Positions 14,515 through 27,235 of a stretch of DNA of 64,000 bases are shown here, piece by piece. Positions within the stretch are counted from its first letter, which is position 1; each line of letters starts with the position of its first letter. Origin of the DNA: the human T2T-CHM13v2.0 reference genome, Homo sapiens; the NCBI RefSeq assembly GCF_009914755.1, contig NC_060925.1; one strand, 5' to 3'. The notes beneath the pieces are model-generated. The model searched no databases. It had not been told where the DNA came from and saw only the letters and a program-made list of their open reading frames with translations. Position numbers and translations under genes: made by a program.

Positions 14515-14657
14515 CTAGTCCTTCCTGATCACAGTCGCCACCCTGATGCTCTAGGAGTCCCCACTAGTCCTTCCTGATCATAGTCACCACGCTGATACTC
14601 TGGGAGTCCCTGCTAGTCCTTCCTGATCACACAGTCATCACCCTGATGCTCTGGGAG
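14515..14657. repeat. 49-bp tandem repeat x3 overlapping the OR2T35 C-terminus and stop
   Basis: Units start at 14515, 14564 and 14613 with ctagtccttcctgatca; the unit at 14613 has 2 extra bp. Confidence 0.92.
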
Positions 14658-15582
14658 GAGCCACATCTCCCTAGTACTTTCCTCAGAGCTGCAGCCACAT
14701 CTTTATTCCTCAAGCTGTAGATGAGTGGGTTGAGCATGGGGGTGAGGATGGTGTAGAAGGCAGACACCACTTTATCTTTCTCTGGAGTGTGGTAGGAGTG
14801 GGGCTGCACGTTGGTGTAGAAGGCTGCCCCGTAGAAAACGCTCACCACCATAATGTGGGAGGAACACGTAGCAAAGGCTTTGCGCCGGCCCTCAGCAGAG
14901 TTCATCCTGTGGACAGTCAGGAGGATGTGCGTGTAGGACACAGAGATGACAGATAGAGGGATAAGCAGCATCAGCAGGCATACATCAGGGTCTCATAGAG
15001 TGACGTGTCTGTGCAAGACAACTTCAGCACGGCTGGGATCTCACAGAAAAAGTGATTGATCTCTCGGGATCTACAGAAGGGGAAACTCATAGTGACAGGA
15101 GTCAGCATGAACCCATCCAAGGAACCACCAACCCAGGAGCCGACCACCATGAATAAGCAAACCCTGCGGTTCATGAGGAGAGGGTACCGTAGAGGGTTGC
15201 ACACAGCCACATAGCGGTCATAGGCCATGAGACCCAGCAGGAAGAATTCCCCTCCAATCAGGGTCAGGTAGAGGAAGATCTGAACTGCACAGCCCAGGAA
15301 GGAAATGGTCTTGTCCTTGGACAGGAGGTCCTGGAGCATCTTGGGGACAGTGATACAGATGTAGATGGTATCCATGATGGAGAGCTGGCTGAGCAAGAAG
15401 TACATGGGTGTGTGGAGGCGGGAGTCCATGTGGATGAGCAGAATCATGACCAAGTTGGCTGTTATAGCCACCACAAAGATGGAGAAGACTATTGCAAAGA
15501 GAAGCCCGGGGAAGGCAGGATGGGTGATGAGGCCTGTGAGGACGAAGTTAGTGGAGTTCTGGAGAAGACCCTCCATGCCCAT
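14627..15582 (-). pseudogene. OR2T35: OR2T35/OR2T2-type olfactory receptor, frameshifted allele (7-bp deletion; stop after 203 aa)
   Basis: ORF 15582-14971 ([11 protein letters not shown]...LMYAC*) and ORF 14971-14627 (MLLIPLSV...KAFATCSSH...[12 protein letters not shown]) together make one OR. Position between OR2T11 and OR2T27 suggests OR2T35; OR2T2 is a near-identical paralogue. Confidence 0.85.
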
Positions 15583-16602
15583 GGTCCATGACAAGCTCCT
15601 TGGGCTGTAAAGGCAGAAATCTGGCAGCTTATTTAACGACCTGATATGTAGGAAGAGCCCACCAGGAATAGTATGTCAGAAGCAGCGTGAGATCAAGAAA
15701 AGATCACCTACTTCAGGATCATTTGAAATCCTGGGTTTCAGTATTAATGATCTGTATGATATTGGACAGAAAATTAATCTCTCAATTCAATTTCATCATC
15801 TGTGAAAGGTCATCATAGTTCTGTACTCTACAGGCTGGATGTGAGATGTAAATGTAATTCATACAGTACCTGGTTTAGAATCTGATTTTTACTTTGAACT
15901 ATCTTCTGAATACATTTCATAATCTTATCACTTTTAGATTGAAAGTTTTCTGAGGGTTGTTACTGTGCCTTATTTCCCATTTCGCCTTGCGAAATGATTT
16001 GAATTTAAATTGCTCTCTGCATCTCCATTGAGATGATTGTACTAGAGTCATCCACAGACATCTATTTGTGACTTAAATTGATAGAAAACATCTAGATAAC
16101 TGACTTTTTGGCTGCTGTTGTTACTGAACAGCTTTATGAAAGTCAGGAACATCAAAGCAGTACAGATGACCTCATTTGGGGTCAGGAGCCACACTGTCTT
16201 GTGGTTAGACTTTTGTCCTGCAAAAGGAGTTCATCTTTTAGGCATGGACTGCTGTGAGAACTTGTGTCTATTTGTTCTCACAGAATAATTTGGGGATCAT
16301 AAATCTGGCAGGACAACCACCACAAACTGCTTCAGAACAGGGCTTTAGTTTCGTTATCCTGGTGGTCTTTCCGGTTGACAATGAATTCTGCTAAAATTTA
16401 GATGCTGCATCATAGAATTCAATCATGACCTCATCTTAAAATATTGTTTAGCCAAAATGTTAGAGTTTCTCTGACAGAGTGGAATCCTGAACCTGTCCTA
16501 ATATTATATCATCCTAGTAATCCACTGCTACTTGGGTTTTTTCCTCAAGTTTATTTCTCTACCATTTTACTGATCCTTCATGTTTATAAGTAAAAATAAC
16601 TA

Positions 16603-16992
<390 letters not shown>

Positions 16993-18534
16993 TCATGCTT
17001 TTTTGAGTAATATGAATGCGTGTCCCTTTTATATGTTCAGGGATACTGAGGGATGAATTTTTCTTTATTAGATTATGGTGTATTTCTTCTCATTTTAGTG
17101 ACAGGATTACTGAAGAAACTTGTTTTCTGTCAAACGTTTTGGCCACCAATACTACAAATGTATCTGAATCTTTTGGTTCTAGAATAGTCAAAATTTACAG
17201 TCCCTGAAGCATCAAGGAATAAACTCTCCTTATGTTGAAGCAAAAACAATAGCAACAGTAGAGTTTTCCTTCTTAGTGCTCAGAGATGGAGATATGAGTA
17301 ATAGGCCTAAAAGATGAACATCCAAAGGGAGAAAGAAAAAAAAGCAATTTTTGTGTTGGTCTGTGCTGAAACTTCAGTTTGTCACACCTTGGTTGAGGAG
17401 AAAGAAATACATGAGCATCAAATATTAACTCCTGTCAAGCGTGATAAAAGTCAGCTACTTTTGCCTTCTCTAACAGGTGAAAGATTTTCTTGTGATAGCC
17501 ACAGCTTCGAATCATGGGTCAAGAGACTATTTAAATATACAATTCCATTTGCAATGGCTTTTGCAATAGCTTGTTGGAAATTAAAAATATTAATCTCGCA
17601 GACAGTAAGTTTGTCTTGACCCACATCTATTGTTTCAGTTAAATGCATTATGGATATTATACATTAATTACTATAGTGTTAGGTTAGCTGACAATCATCC
17701 TTTTAAAAATATACTTTGAGGAACTGAAATAGGCAAGAATGAGACAAACGAAAATGACCTAAGAAAATAACCAATTACTTTTGAATCAGAACATGAACCA
17801 GAGCATTTTGTTTCATGTAAATAATCAGACTCCACAAGGTATTCAAAGAGGAGGTAAAACACTATTGCCTCAAATGTCTATGATAAAAGGATAAGAACGT
17901 TTTCAACTCCTAGATCTTATCTTACTGTAGGATCCCAGAAGAGGAGAGTAAAAAAGCTGAAACAGGAGAAAGATATGATTTTAGCCACCTCATTTTTATA
18001 CAACCGAGACCGTGTTAAAAAAAAAAAAGAGGTTCCTTGTGAGTGTGAGCATTGTGTGTACATGTGTGTGTAGTGTTCATATGTGAGTGTGTGAGCATGG
18101 TATGTGTGGTGTGTGCATCTGTGAGTGGGTGGGGATATGTGTAGGGAAAAGGCCCTGCTAAAGAGGCCTTTACTACACTGCTTGGCACAAACGAGCAATT
18201 CACCCATTTCAATGAAGCCAATATTTAGAACCAAATGTGACATGTTCAAATGCATGCCTAATGTTAATTCCATAGGCTACTGGGCATTGCAAGTAGACAG
18301 GGAAAATATCTGCATTATGGACAAAACATGTCATCAGTTACTTCTGTTTACATCAGTTCCGAGCATCTACATTTTAACATTAGAGTTGATGCTATTTAGC
18401 ATTACGACGTGTGGTTTGACTTATTCACACATACAAGATCCTAGATTCCATTCCCCATCAGGTCATCTTTCCCTCACTATCATCATTCTCCACTCTAAGA
18501 CACTTAGGTTCCCCTTCATCAACTAGTCTTTCCA

Positions 18535-18579
18535 AAAAAAAAAAAAAAAGAAAAAGAAAAAGAAAAAGAAAAAGAAAAA
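18535..18579. repeat. Poly(A)/(GAAAAA)n simple repeat
   Basis: Direct reading. Confidence 0.9.
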
Positions 18580-19867
18580 GCTTTTATTTGCGTGATCAAA
18601 GCTTCAGGCTCTTCAAGGCGGCGAATGATTTCTCCCCAGTGCAGATTAGAACATAACCCAGAACCCCTGACCCCCAGGACCAGTTATAACATCACCCAGT
18701 GTTGCAACATAATCATCTGGCAGGAATGGGAGGGTGGGAAGATCAAGCCGAGAGGTGGAGGACACCAAGCACAGGAGCTCCACATCTGTTATCTGCACAC
18801 TTGGGGCTGATGGATGAGGGATGAGTGAGCTCGCCAAGAGGCATTTATTCTACCTGTGGTCTGCCACATGGAGAAGAGGGAAAGGAGAATCTCTGCAGGG
18901 TGCCAGGTGATCAAAGCTGTATGTTTCAGGACAACAGCCCTGGAGTTGTTCTGGGAGAAGCCATAGAAATCAAGAACAATTGGTGACTCACCGAAAATTG
19001 AAGAGATCTCCAAGAGAAGTCACAGGTTCTTCTACCAGGGAGAAGAGCTTAGAGCAATTCATTCTGACACCCCTTTCCGGGAATTCAGCATGACTAGAGC
19101 TATGAGAAGTATCTGCCAGTGTCCTTTCTGTGGCAATAAAGCTGCTAACCAGAACTGATCTTCTCCACTTGACACAACGTACCTGTAAAGCTTGAAAGGG
19201 AAGGGTTTTCCATTCCATCCTTAGAGACAGAATGCCTGAAGCACAAACACATTCCGTGTTCAAAACACTCACCTAGCACTGGGTGAGCTATGAAGATTGA
19301 TAGAACTGACAATATTCTTAAGGGGCACATAGTTAAGTTTGATTAATGTATCATATCAAAAATCCTCATAGAAGCAGATCATTTTAAGTCTAAAGTGGGG
19401 ATTTCTAAAAATGAAAATATATTGGGGACTTTTTAAAGGTGTTTAGCCACAAATAACAGCTAATGCCATTGTGCTTTGCTCAGCTGTCAAATTGCTCTGG
19501 GGATGACACGCCTAGTTACTTCTCCAGACCTCAGTGTTCTTTCAGTAAAAGAATGGCATGTCACCAACATGTTACTAATCCTAAGTGCCACATAGCTCTA
19601 AGAGTCATCGATTATTTGTTCCTGAATGAGAAAAAGGGGGCCAAGGATAGTATATTGGGATCTTTCTGCTTTGATTAAAGCTTATGAGAGAAGATAATGG
19701 TGTGGAAGGCACTAAGAGACAGAGGAAGAGAAACAGGAAGTTTGGTATTCCCCAAACCATAAACCAATAGGGCTTTACGTGTGCCAGGTACTTTAGAAGT
19801 TTTACATACATGAAGTCATAGCAAACCAGAAGATGCTATGCATCAGTTTGAGTAGTGGACAAAGGTA

Positions 19868-20540
19868 CAGTTTCCCCTTATCAGTGGGAGACAGTTTTCA
19901 AGACCCCCACTGGATATCTGGAACTGCAGACAGTACTGAGCCCTATATATACACCATATTTTATCCCATGCATACATACCTATGATCAAGTTGAATTTAT
20001 AAGTTAGGCACAGTAAGAGATTAACAATAATAAAATAGAATACCTAAGACAATATACTGTGGCTATAACTTTTTCAGTTTGATGTGACAGCAAAACTTGC
20101 ATAATTTTTTCCTTCATGATTTCAAAGATAAAGTTTTTCTTAATATAGATCTTGGCAAAGTCAGCTTTTGAGGGTTTCTCTCTCCTTAAGTCAAGAACTT
20201 TCACCTTTTTAGTTAAAGCAAGCACCTTACAGCCTCTCTTTGGCACATCTAAATCGCCAGCTTCACTAACTCCATCTCTTTGGAGCCATTAAGAAAAACT
20301 GAGTTACTTGAACACAAGCACTGAGTCCGCCACAGTCGATTTGATAACCTAGACAGCTACTGAATGACTCAGGGGGTAGCATAGACAGTGTGAATCAACT
20401 ACACAGAGGGATGATATTTCCACCACACTACTCAAAATGGTGGGCAATTTAAAATTTGAGATTTTATTTAATATTTTTTACACATGGTAGATAGCAACCT
20501 GGCGGATTGCAGGTTAACTAAAACTATGGAAATGAAAGTG
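19868..20540 (-). mobile_element. Tigger7/MER44-type DNA transposon remnant
   Basis: Terminus cagtttccccttatc; ORF 20004-20246 MPKRGCKVLALTKKVKVLDL...FAKIY resembles the Tigger transposase N-terminal HTH. Confidence 0.75.
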
Positions 20541-21567
20541 TTAAAGAGAGGAATACCATGTCAGAATTCTTTACCCTCAAAGGTTCAACCCTAGGGCTAG
20601 AGACTGAAAGGATCTTAAAGCATGAAACTTTTAAAGAGCATCTAAGTGATCACTGCTTTGAAAATAGTGGATCACAAGAACCAGGAGAAGACAGGAGTCA
20701 GTTCAGTTAAACAGTGCAATAGTAGAGAGGGAAACCGGTCTGATTCCGAAACTCGAGACTGAAGGAGAGAGGACATGATCAGAGACAATGTGAATAATGT
20801 CAAAAGGCTCGAAAATGGGAATTAGCAGGCACTAGGGGTGGAAGAAAGAGGGGAGAGTCCAGTCTAACTACAGCTGAAGAGCCCGTGGAGAGCTGAGGTG
20901 TGTGGGGTGGAGTGCGGCTGGAAAGTGAAGGCAGAGAGACCAGAACTCAGCGTCGAGAAATAAGGTGCAAATGGGAGTTGTTTCAGTCAGAAAGTTACAT
21001 GCTGAAATAAGGTACTTATGAAAGATCCACCTGGCAGTTTTAGTCTTGAAAGCAAGATTAATATTAATTGCTACTCATAAGTGTTCATAGCCACAGTGGG
21101 CTTTGGCCAGGAACTCCTTTTCTTCTTCTACCTACACAAACTACTCCTGTACTCCGTCTGCTTTTATGAATGAATGCATTTGGACCTTGCTTCCTACATT
21201 AATCAGATTTTATCCCCTTCTCTCCACAGCAACGTAGTATCCAATGATGTGAATTTCTCTTTTCCCTTACCTTATCTCCAGTTCTAATTACATACTGCCT
21301 TAGTTACCACCCCCCTTTATCTGCCTATTTATTTAAATGGTAACTTTTCATTCATGGAAAAGTAGTCTACTTTCCCTCCCATCCCAACTGACAATTTGGA
21401 AATTTTCAGTGTGGAAAGTTAGGCATAAGATAGAAGAGGTTTGCTTGGCTTAAAAAAAAAAACACAAAATCAGCACTATAATGGCATGTAGGTGAACATT
21501 TACTGAACACTTACTATGCCAGAAATTAGTTCAGTTTGAAGAATACAGGTTTTAATGCTACATGCCA

Positions 21568-21578
21568 ACTTACCTAAA
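21568..21578 (-). promoter_or_regulatory. Predicted splice donor of an upstream non-coding exon of OR2T35
   Basis: Minus strand TTAG|GTAAGT. Acceptor atttctgcctttacag at ~15605, 22 nt before the ATG. Prediction only. Confidence 0.4.
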
Positions 21579-21769
21579 CTACTTTGTCAAGGATATCACC
21601 AATGGACTAGAAAGAAAGAAGTACATCTGGTTTCCTGGAGCATTGAGAGTAAAAGGTCTAAATTCCAAGCTGCCAGCAGGAGGGCTGTGATGTGGATGTG
21701 CAGGGGAATGCTTCTGGGCAGCAGTGTCAGTTCGTGTGGTGGCAAATAGAAATCAAAGGATCTGGCATA

Positions 21770-21993
21770 TGGCCCATCCAGTCCACCCTGCTAACGCTGT
21801 GGAAGAAGAAATGGAGAGTAAGGGAATGGAGGATTACACAGGAGCAGCAGTGGAGAGGTGAGGTGAGGTGAGGCGAGGCGAGCTGAGGTTGGCCCATCTA
21901 GTCCACCCTGCTAACGCCGTGGAAGAGGAAATGGAGAGTGAGGGCATGGAGGATCACACAGGAGCAGCAGTGGTGAGGTGAGGTGAGCTGAAG
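21770..21993. repeat. 120-bp tandem duplication with internal (gaggt)n
   Basis: tggcccatc[c/t]agtccaccctgctaacgc... at 21770 and 21890. Confidence 0.92.
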
Positions 21994-23201
21994 CAAGGGG
22001 CAGACACCTGCAGCTATAAACACAATGCACTCATTATTATACCCCTACAGTCTGAGCTTCCAACATGTCCACATCTCCCCCTGGGCTCCAATTACTCAGC
22101 TCAACAGGCTTTTATATGCCATGCTAAGATGGCTTCTACGAGACCTCTAATAGTTTTATTAAAAAAAAAAAAAAAAGATTTTATCTTAAGGCACACGTGG
22201 ATGCCTTATGGGTTAAATAAAAGAGGAAGGAGGTTAAAATGAAATAAAGAATAAAATCATAATTTCCCTCCAAGCATGAAGTCTTCAGCCACACCTAAAT
22301 GCATATGAACGGAACAATCATTTAACTTAAAATGTAAATTAAAATTTTAACAAGATATTCAGAGGGCAATCTATGCTTATCCAATAGTATGCACCCCTGC
22401 TACCAAGTCTGAAACTTTCTCATTGTGAATACCAAGCACATTCTTCCAACTTGTCAGCTCTTAACATGCCATTTTCCTTCAGTAAATCTATTCATATTCT
22501 TCTGAACTATTAGATTTCCCTTAGCTTCCCACGTTTCATGCTAAATGCCCTTTTCCAGTTGTCTGCTTGCCAGATAGTGAATATATGTTATTTATGCTTA
22601 ATCTTGAGAAGACCACTGCCTCAGTTATTAGCAGATAAGCTCACAGTAGTAACGTGGCCTTCTAATAGTTACAGAGTAATACCTGAAGAAAACATCCCAG
22701 TATCTGGGTGATGTTCTGTTTTTCGTGAAGATCTAAGGATCCTACCTCAGAGAAGCTGGGTCCAAGTCTTTCTAAAGCAGTAGTGGAATGTCAGACTTCT
22801 TATTAAATACATTGTGTAGGGGTGAGGCTAGGTCAAAAAGTCTTTTCACTAATAGAGTCCCACATCCCCCAGGAAGAATTCCTGGGTTAGCAATTAATCC
22901 AAGTTGACTGAGTTTACCATGAACTTTAGAAGCAGCCTGTCCTTTCTTGCAGAGGGTGCATTGTTTTCCCAAGTGAAGGACTGGAATCGTTTCTTGGTAT
23001 TTCATCATGAAAATGTCTTACTGAATCTTGGCATCTCTCCAGAGAGATTTTAAGGGCAGTGATGTGGGGATAAGAGCCTCGCTCTAAATTGAAAATTAGA
23101 TTTTAAATTTCTTTAGAAATAGAGGCTATGACAAACTAAAAAAGCTCTTTCTCAAAAGTCACTGGCCTCTTTTGTTTGGGGAGAAATCTTTAAAGTTATA
23201 A

Positions 23202-23920
23202 GTGTGAACCAAAAAGCATTGGAGCCAAGTCTCAATCAATGTAGATGTTTCTGGTGCCAAGGTTGAGGATGCACCTGGGAAAAAGGAACACAAGATGACA
23301 GGAGCATCTGAGATTTGTGCTTCTTCCCAAGACGGTTGGGAGACTTCAATATTTAAAAGGGAAACAGTGGGCATTAGAGGAAAAAAAAGAAAAAGGAAGT
23401 GTGAATAAATGAAGTAGTTTCCTCCTTTCCAGGCTTTAATCAGTGTTGACTGAATTCGCACTTTAGATGTGACAGGAGAGGGTTTAGAGGAACACTCAAC
23501 TGGGCGTTCATCTCCTGCTCAGTGAATCTGGATTGTATGTAAGATAAGGTGCACAGTAGAGGAAGCAGTCAAATATGCATTTGTTTCAGGGGAGTGGAGG
23601 GATGACTCCCAGGCCTGTCTGTCTACTGCCTGTCAAGATAAGCCATTCATTTACATTGTCAGCATGACATTCAACAGAATGGTTTTCAGGTAAAGATCTT
23701 TGGGCCAGCCAGGAATTTCCTTGCTAGCAGATTGTGAGGGAGGTCCCTTGGGGAGGTATGTAGCCTTCTACCTGTGTAGCTGTCCATTCAGGGACAGTAT
23801 GGAATCTGTAGCCACACAGTCGGGAACAGATATGGAATATAGTTTTGCATGACAGAGTTCCCAAGCTTGACTTTTCCCTTTGGCTTAGTGAGTTTGGGTC
23901 CCAAGAGATTTTCCTTCTAC
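23202..23920 (-). mobile_element. ERV1 MER4-group solo LTR
   Basis: Minus strand begins ggaaaatctcttgggacccaaactcactaagccaaagggaaaagtcaagc, the MER4-type LTR start. Confidence 0.65.
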
Positions 23921-25167
23921 TTTCTCCTATCTTCTATTTTCACAAAAGTGGCATTTGTCACTTAGGTTAAGTGTTTTTCAGAATTATTTGTCTTACGTGT
24001 ACTACAGAATATTGAATTCAGTACGAATAAAGGAGACATAAGAAAAATGATGGAAATAATGCAATTGGTAGAAGAAAAAAGTGAGGGTAATACAAGTTAT
24101 GCATTTTCTAAAGTTTTCACCAGAGCACATTAAGATATTTAAACATTAGGAAAATTGAACTTCCTAACATTTATTTTTCTAATGGGGAAAAGAAGGTGGT
24201 CTTATTACTAAATTTTTGCTTCCCAATCATCATTGAATGCTTTTCATGCATTAAGTCAGCTAATGGGCACATTACTTGTGATTTCTAGTCATCACAAATC
24301 CATTGGACACATACCTTATACCCTCTGTTACAGGTAATCAGAAAACCCTATACCTTTTTCAGCCTTTAGAATGTGATTCAATAATTCCTGAAGAATATTT
24401 TATATGTCATCCATAAATAAAGTTCTCCAACTATTGGATTGATTGGATACACTCTTCCCTCTGGTGTGATGTGTCTTTCTCCAGAGCCACAAATGGGTTA
24501 CAACCAATATTGATCCTCTCAACCCTGGATTGGTCTTCAGTGCCCGATTTGGCTACAGCCACAGGGGAGTTGATTTTGCTGTCAACAGCCACATCAGTTT
24601 TCCTCAAGGTGCCATATCACTAATTTTTATAGTTATGTCATGAAAGCGTTTGAGAAGTGCTGCTATATCAGTTGGGAAAATTGTTAATACAAGGCCAACC
24701 TAAGGAAAAAATAACAGACCTGTGAACAGTGTATTGATTGGTATTAGTTTCTAACTCATGTTCATGTGTTCACAATACTTTGTCTAGTGTTGAACTTAGT
24801 TATCTTATATAATTTAGACTTTTTACAAGAGGTATTTTGTGGTGTCTCAATCTTCCATGTTTCTTATTCACCTTTTTTCTCTTTTCCTTCCCTTTAACTC
24901 TCTTCAGGAAGTAATCCTTTTATATCATCAGTAGGTATAGACTTGGTTGCTACAAGCCAAGACTGACTCCCACAGTTTGGAGTTTAGATTCTGTTTTAAT
25001 TTCAGATAATTCTGCCTGCCCACTCTCACTCCATTCCAAAGTGCCACTTGACATTTTTGGGTGAATCTGTATTTGGCAAAACCTTGCTAGCTCCTATAAG
25101 ACTTAATTTTTAAGTGTTCTATATTTCTAAAGATATTGGCCCTCTGCTCATGTCTCTGAAAAACAGA

Positions 25168-25517
25168 CTATTAATCCATTTTCACACTGCTATAAAACAC
25201 CCCAAACTGGGTAATTTATGAAGAGGTTAAGTGGGCTCAGTTCCACATGGCTGGGGAGGCCTCACAGCCAATGGTGGAAGGTGAAGGAGAAGCAAAGGCA
25301 TGTCTTACATGGCAGCAGGCAAGACTCATGTGCAGGGGAACCACCCTTTGTAAAACCATCAGATCTCGTGAGACTTATTCATCATGAGAACAGCATGGGA
25401 AAAACCCACCCCCAGGATTCAATTAACTCCCACCAGGCCCCTCCCACTACACATGGGGATTATAGGAGCTACAATTCAAGATGATATTTGGGTGGGGAAA
25501 CAGCCAAACCATTATCA
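25168..25517 (-). mobile_element. THE1-type MaLR solo LTR
   Basis: tattaatccattttcacactgct...aaaccatcagatctcgtgagacttattca...cagccaaaccattatca. Confidence 0.85.
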
Positions 25518-25559
25518 GAGACACATTCTAATAAGTTCTTAACTGGAGGTTCTGGCAAG

Positions 25560-25850
25560 AAAAATATGCTGAGATTGCCAAGATCTACAGTAAGAATGAA
25601 TCTTCTTTGAAATTGTGTAGGAGGAAAAACACATTTGTGGTAATTTTGCTGTCACACCTCAAACTGCAAAACCTACAGCCACAGTGTGTGATAAGTGCTT
25701 AGGTAAGAAAGAAAATGTATTACATTTATGGTAGAAGATGAGCAAATATGTTGTGACTGACAGCAGTCAGGTTCTATAGTTCTATACTATGGTTTCAGGC
25801 TTCCCCCAAAAAAGACTTAGAACACAGCCTGAGGATAAGATGGTGACTGC
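25560..25850 (+). mobile_element. Tigger7/MER44-type remnant (3' part)
   Basis: tatgctgagattgccaagatctac...ttttgctgtcacacctcaaactgcaaaa...gataagatggtgactg; homologous to 19868-20540 in opposite orientation. Confidence 0.75.
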
Positions 25851-26281
25851 TATATTTGAAATATGATAAATATTTGAGTTGATTCTTTATAATGGTCAAT
25901 GGACAGACTGTCTAAAGGGGAAAAGTCGAGAGAAGTCAGGGAAGTAGTTGAAGATGACCGTTTTTGTCATGACTGAGCAGAGCCAGAAACAGGCTACTCC
26001 ATGATTTTTAGTGGAATACACACCTTGTTAAGAGCTCATGGGTGACTACTAAACCTCAGCTTTATGCCTACCCCAGCCCAAACTGTTCATTGTTCAGAGC
26101 CTTCATACCTTTCAAAAAAATGAAATCCTTAAAATCCCAGGCAGCTTTCCAAATCCCATAAATGCCCCACAGTTGGTGGCATGTAGGTCACTTGTTTCCA
26201 GGCAGAGAATATTTAAATTCAAGGGCAATGATAAAGTCTTGTATCCTTCATTTCAAGTCTCTAGCAGCATATGAAATTTCT

Positions 26282-27235
26282 TTAGAAAGTGGTTACCTTT
26301 CCTGAGGACACACACCTCCCCACAACCTTCTGTAGGGCCCCTGTGACATCCTTGTTCCTAAGGCTGTAAATGAGTGGATTGAGCATGGGAGTAAGGATGG
26401 TGTAGAAGGCAGATACAGCTTTGTCCTGCTCAGGGGTGTGGTAAGAATGAGGCAGCACGTATGTGTACATGGCAGCCCCATAGAAGAGGCTGACAACCAC
26501 CATGTGTGAGGAGCAGGTGGCCACAGCCTTTCCCCTCCCCTCTGCCTCGCTCATCCTATAAACAGTAATGAGAATTCTTGTGTAAGAGCCCGAGATCACA
26601 GAGAAAGGGATGAGGAGCATCATAATACAGCAGACATACATGGCTGTCTCGTAGGCTGATGTGTCCGTGCAGGAGAGCTTCAGAAGGGCAGGCACCTCGC
26701 AGAAGAAGTGGTTGATCTCCCGAGAGGCACAGAAGGGGAACTGCATGGTGACGGGGGTGAGCAAGAAACCATCGATAGACCCTCCCAGCCAGGCTGCCGC
26801 CACAATCAACCAGCAGATCTTGCGGCTCATGAGGACAGGATAGTGCAGAGGGTTGCAGATGGCTACGTAGCGATCACAGGACATGAGTCCTAGGAGGAAG
26901 AACTCAGCCCCTGCTAAGGTCAAGTAGAGGAAGTGTTGGGCAGTGCATCCTGCAAAGGAAATGGCTCTCTGGCTCATCACCTGGTCGACCAGCATTTTGG
27001 GCACAATGGTGGAAATATACAGGATGTCCCTGAGGGAGAGCTGGCTGAGCAGGAAGTACATGGGGGTGTGGAGGCGGGAGTCTATGTGGATGAGAATGAT
27101 CATGACCACGTTGCTGGCTATGGAGGTCACAAAGACCAGGAGAATGAGGGCAAAGAGAAGCCAGGGGAAACGGGCGTTGCTGAACAAACCCAGAAGGATA
27201 AAGTCGGCATACACGGAATAATTGCTCTGCTCCAT
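26282..27235 (-). CDS. OR2T27: Olfactory receptor family 2 subfamily T member 27 (317 aa)
   Basis: ATG at 27235 ([12 protein letters not shown]). Motifs [41 protein letters not shown]. Acceptor-like ccctacag 4 nt upstream of the ATG. Confidence 0.9.

Noticed and set aside
20004-20246. Transposase-like ORF
   Set aside because: Short decayed N-terminal fragment of a Tigger7/MER44 element with no catalytic domain.
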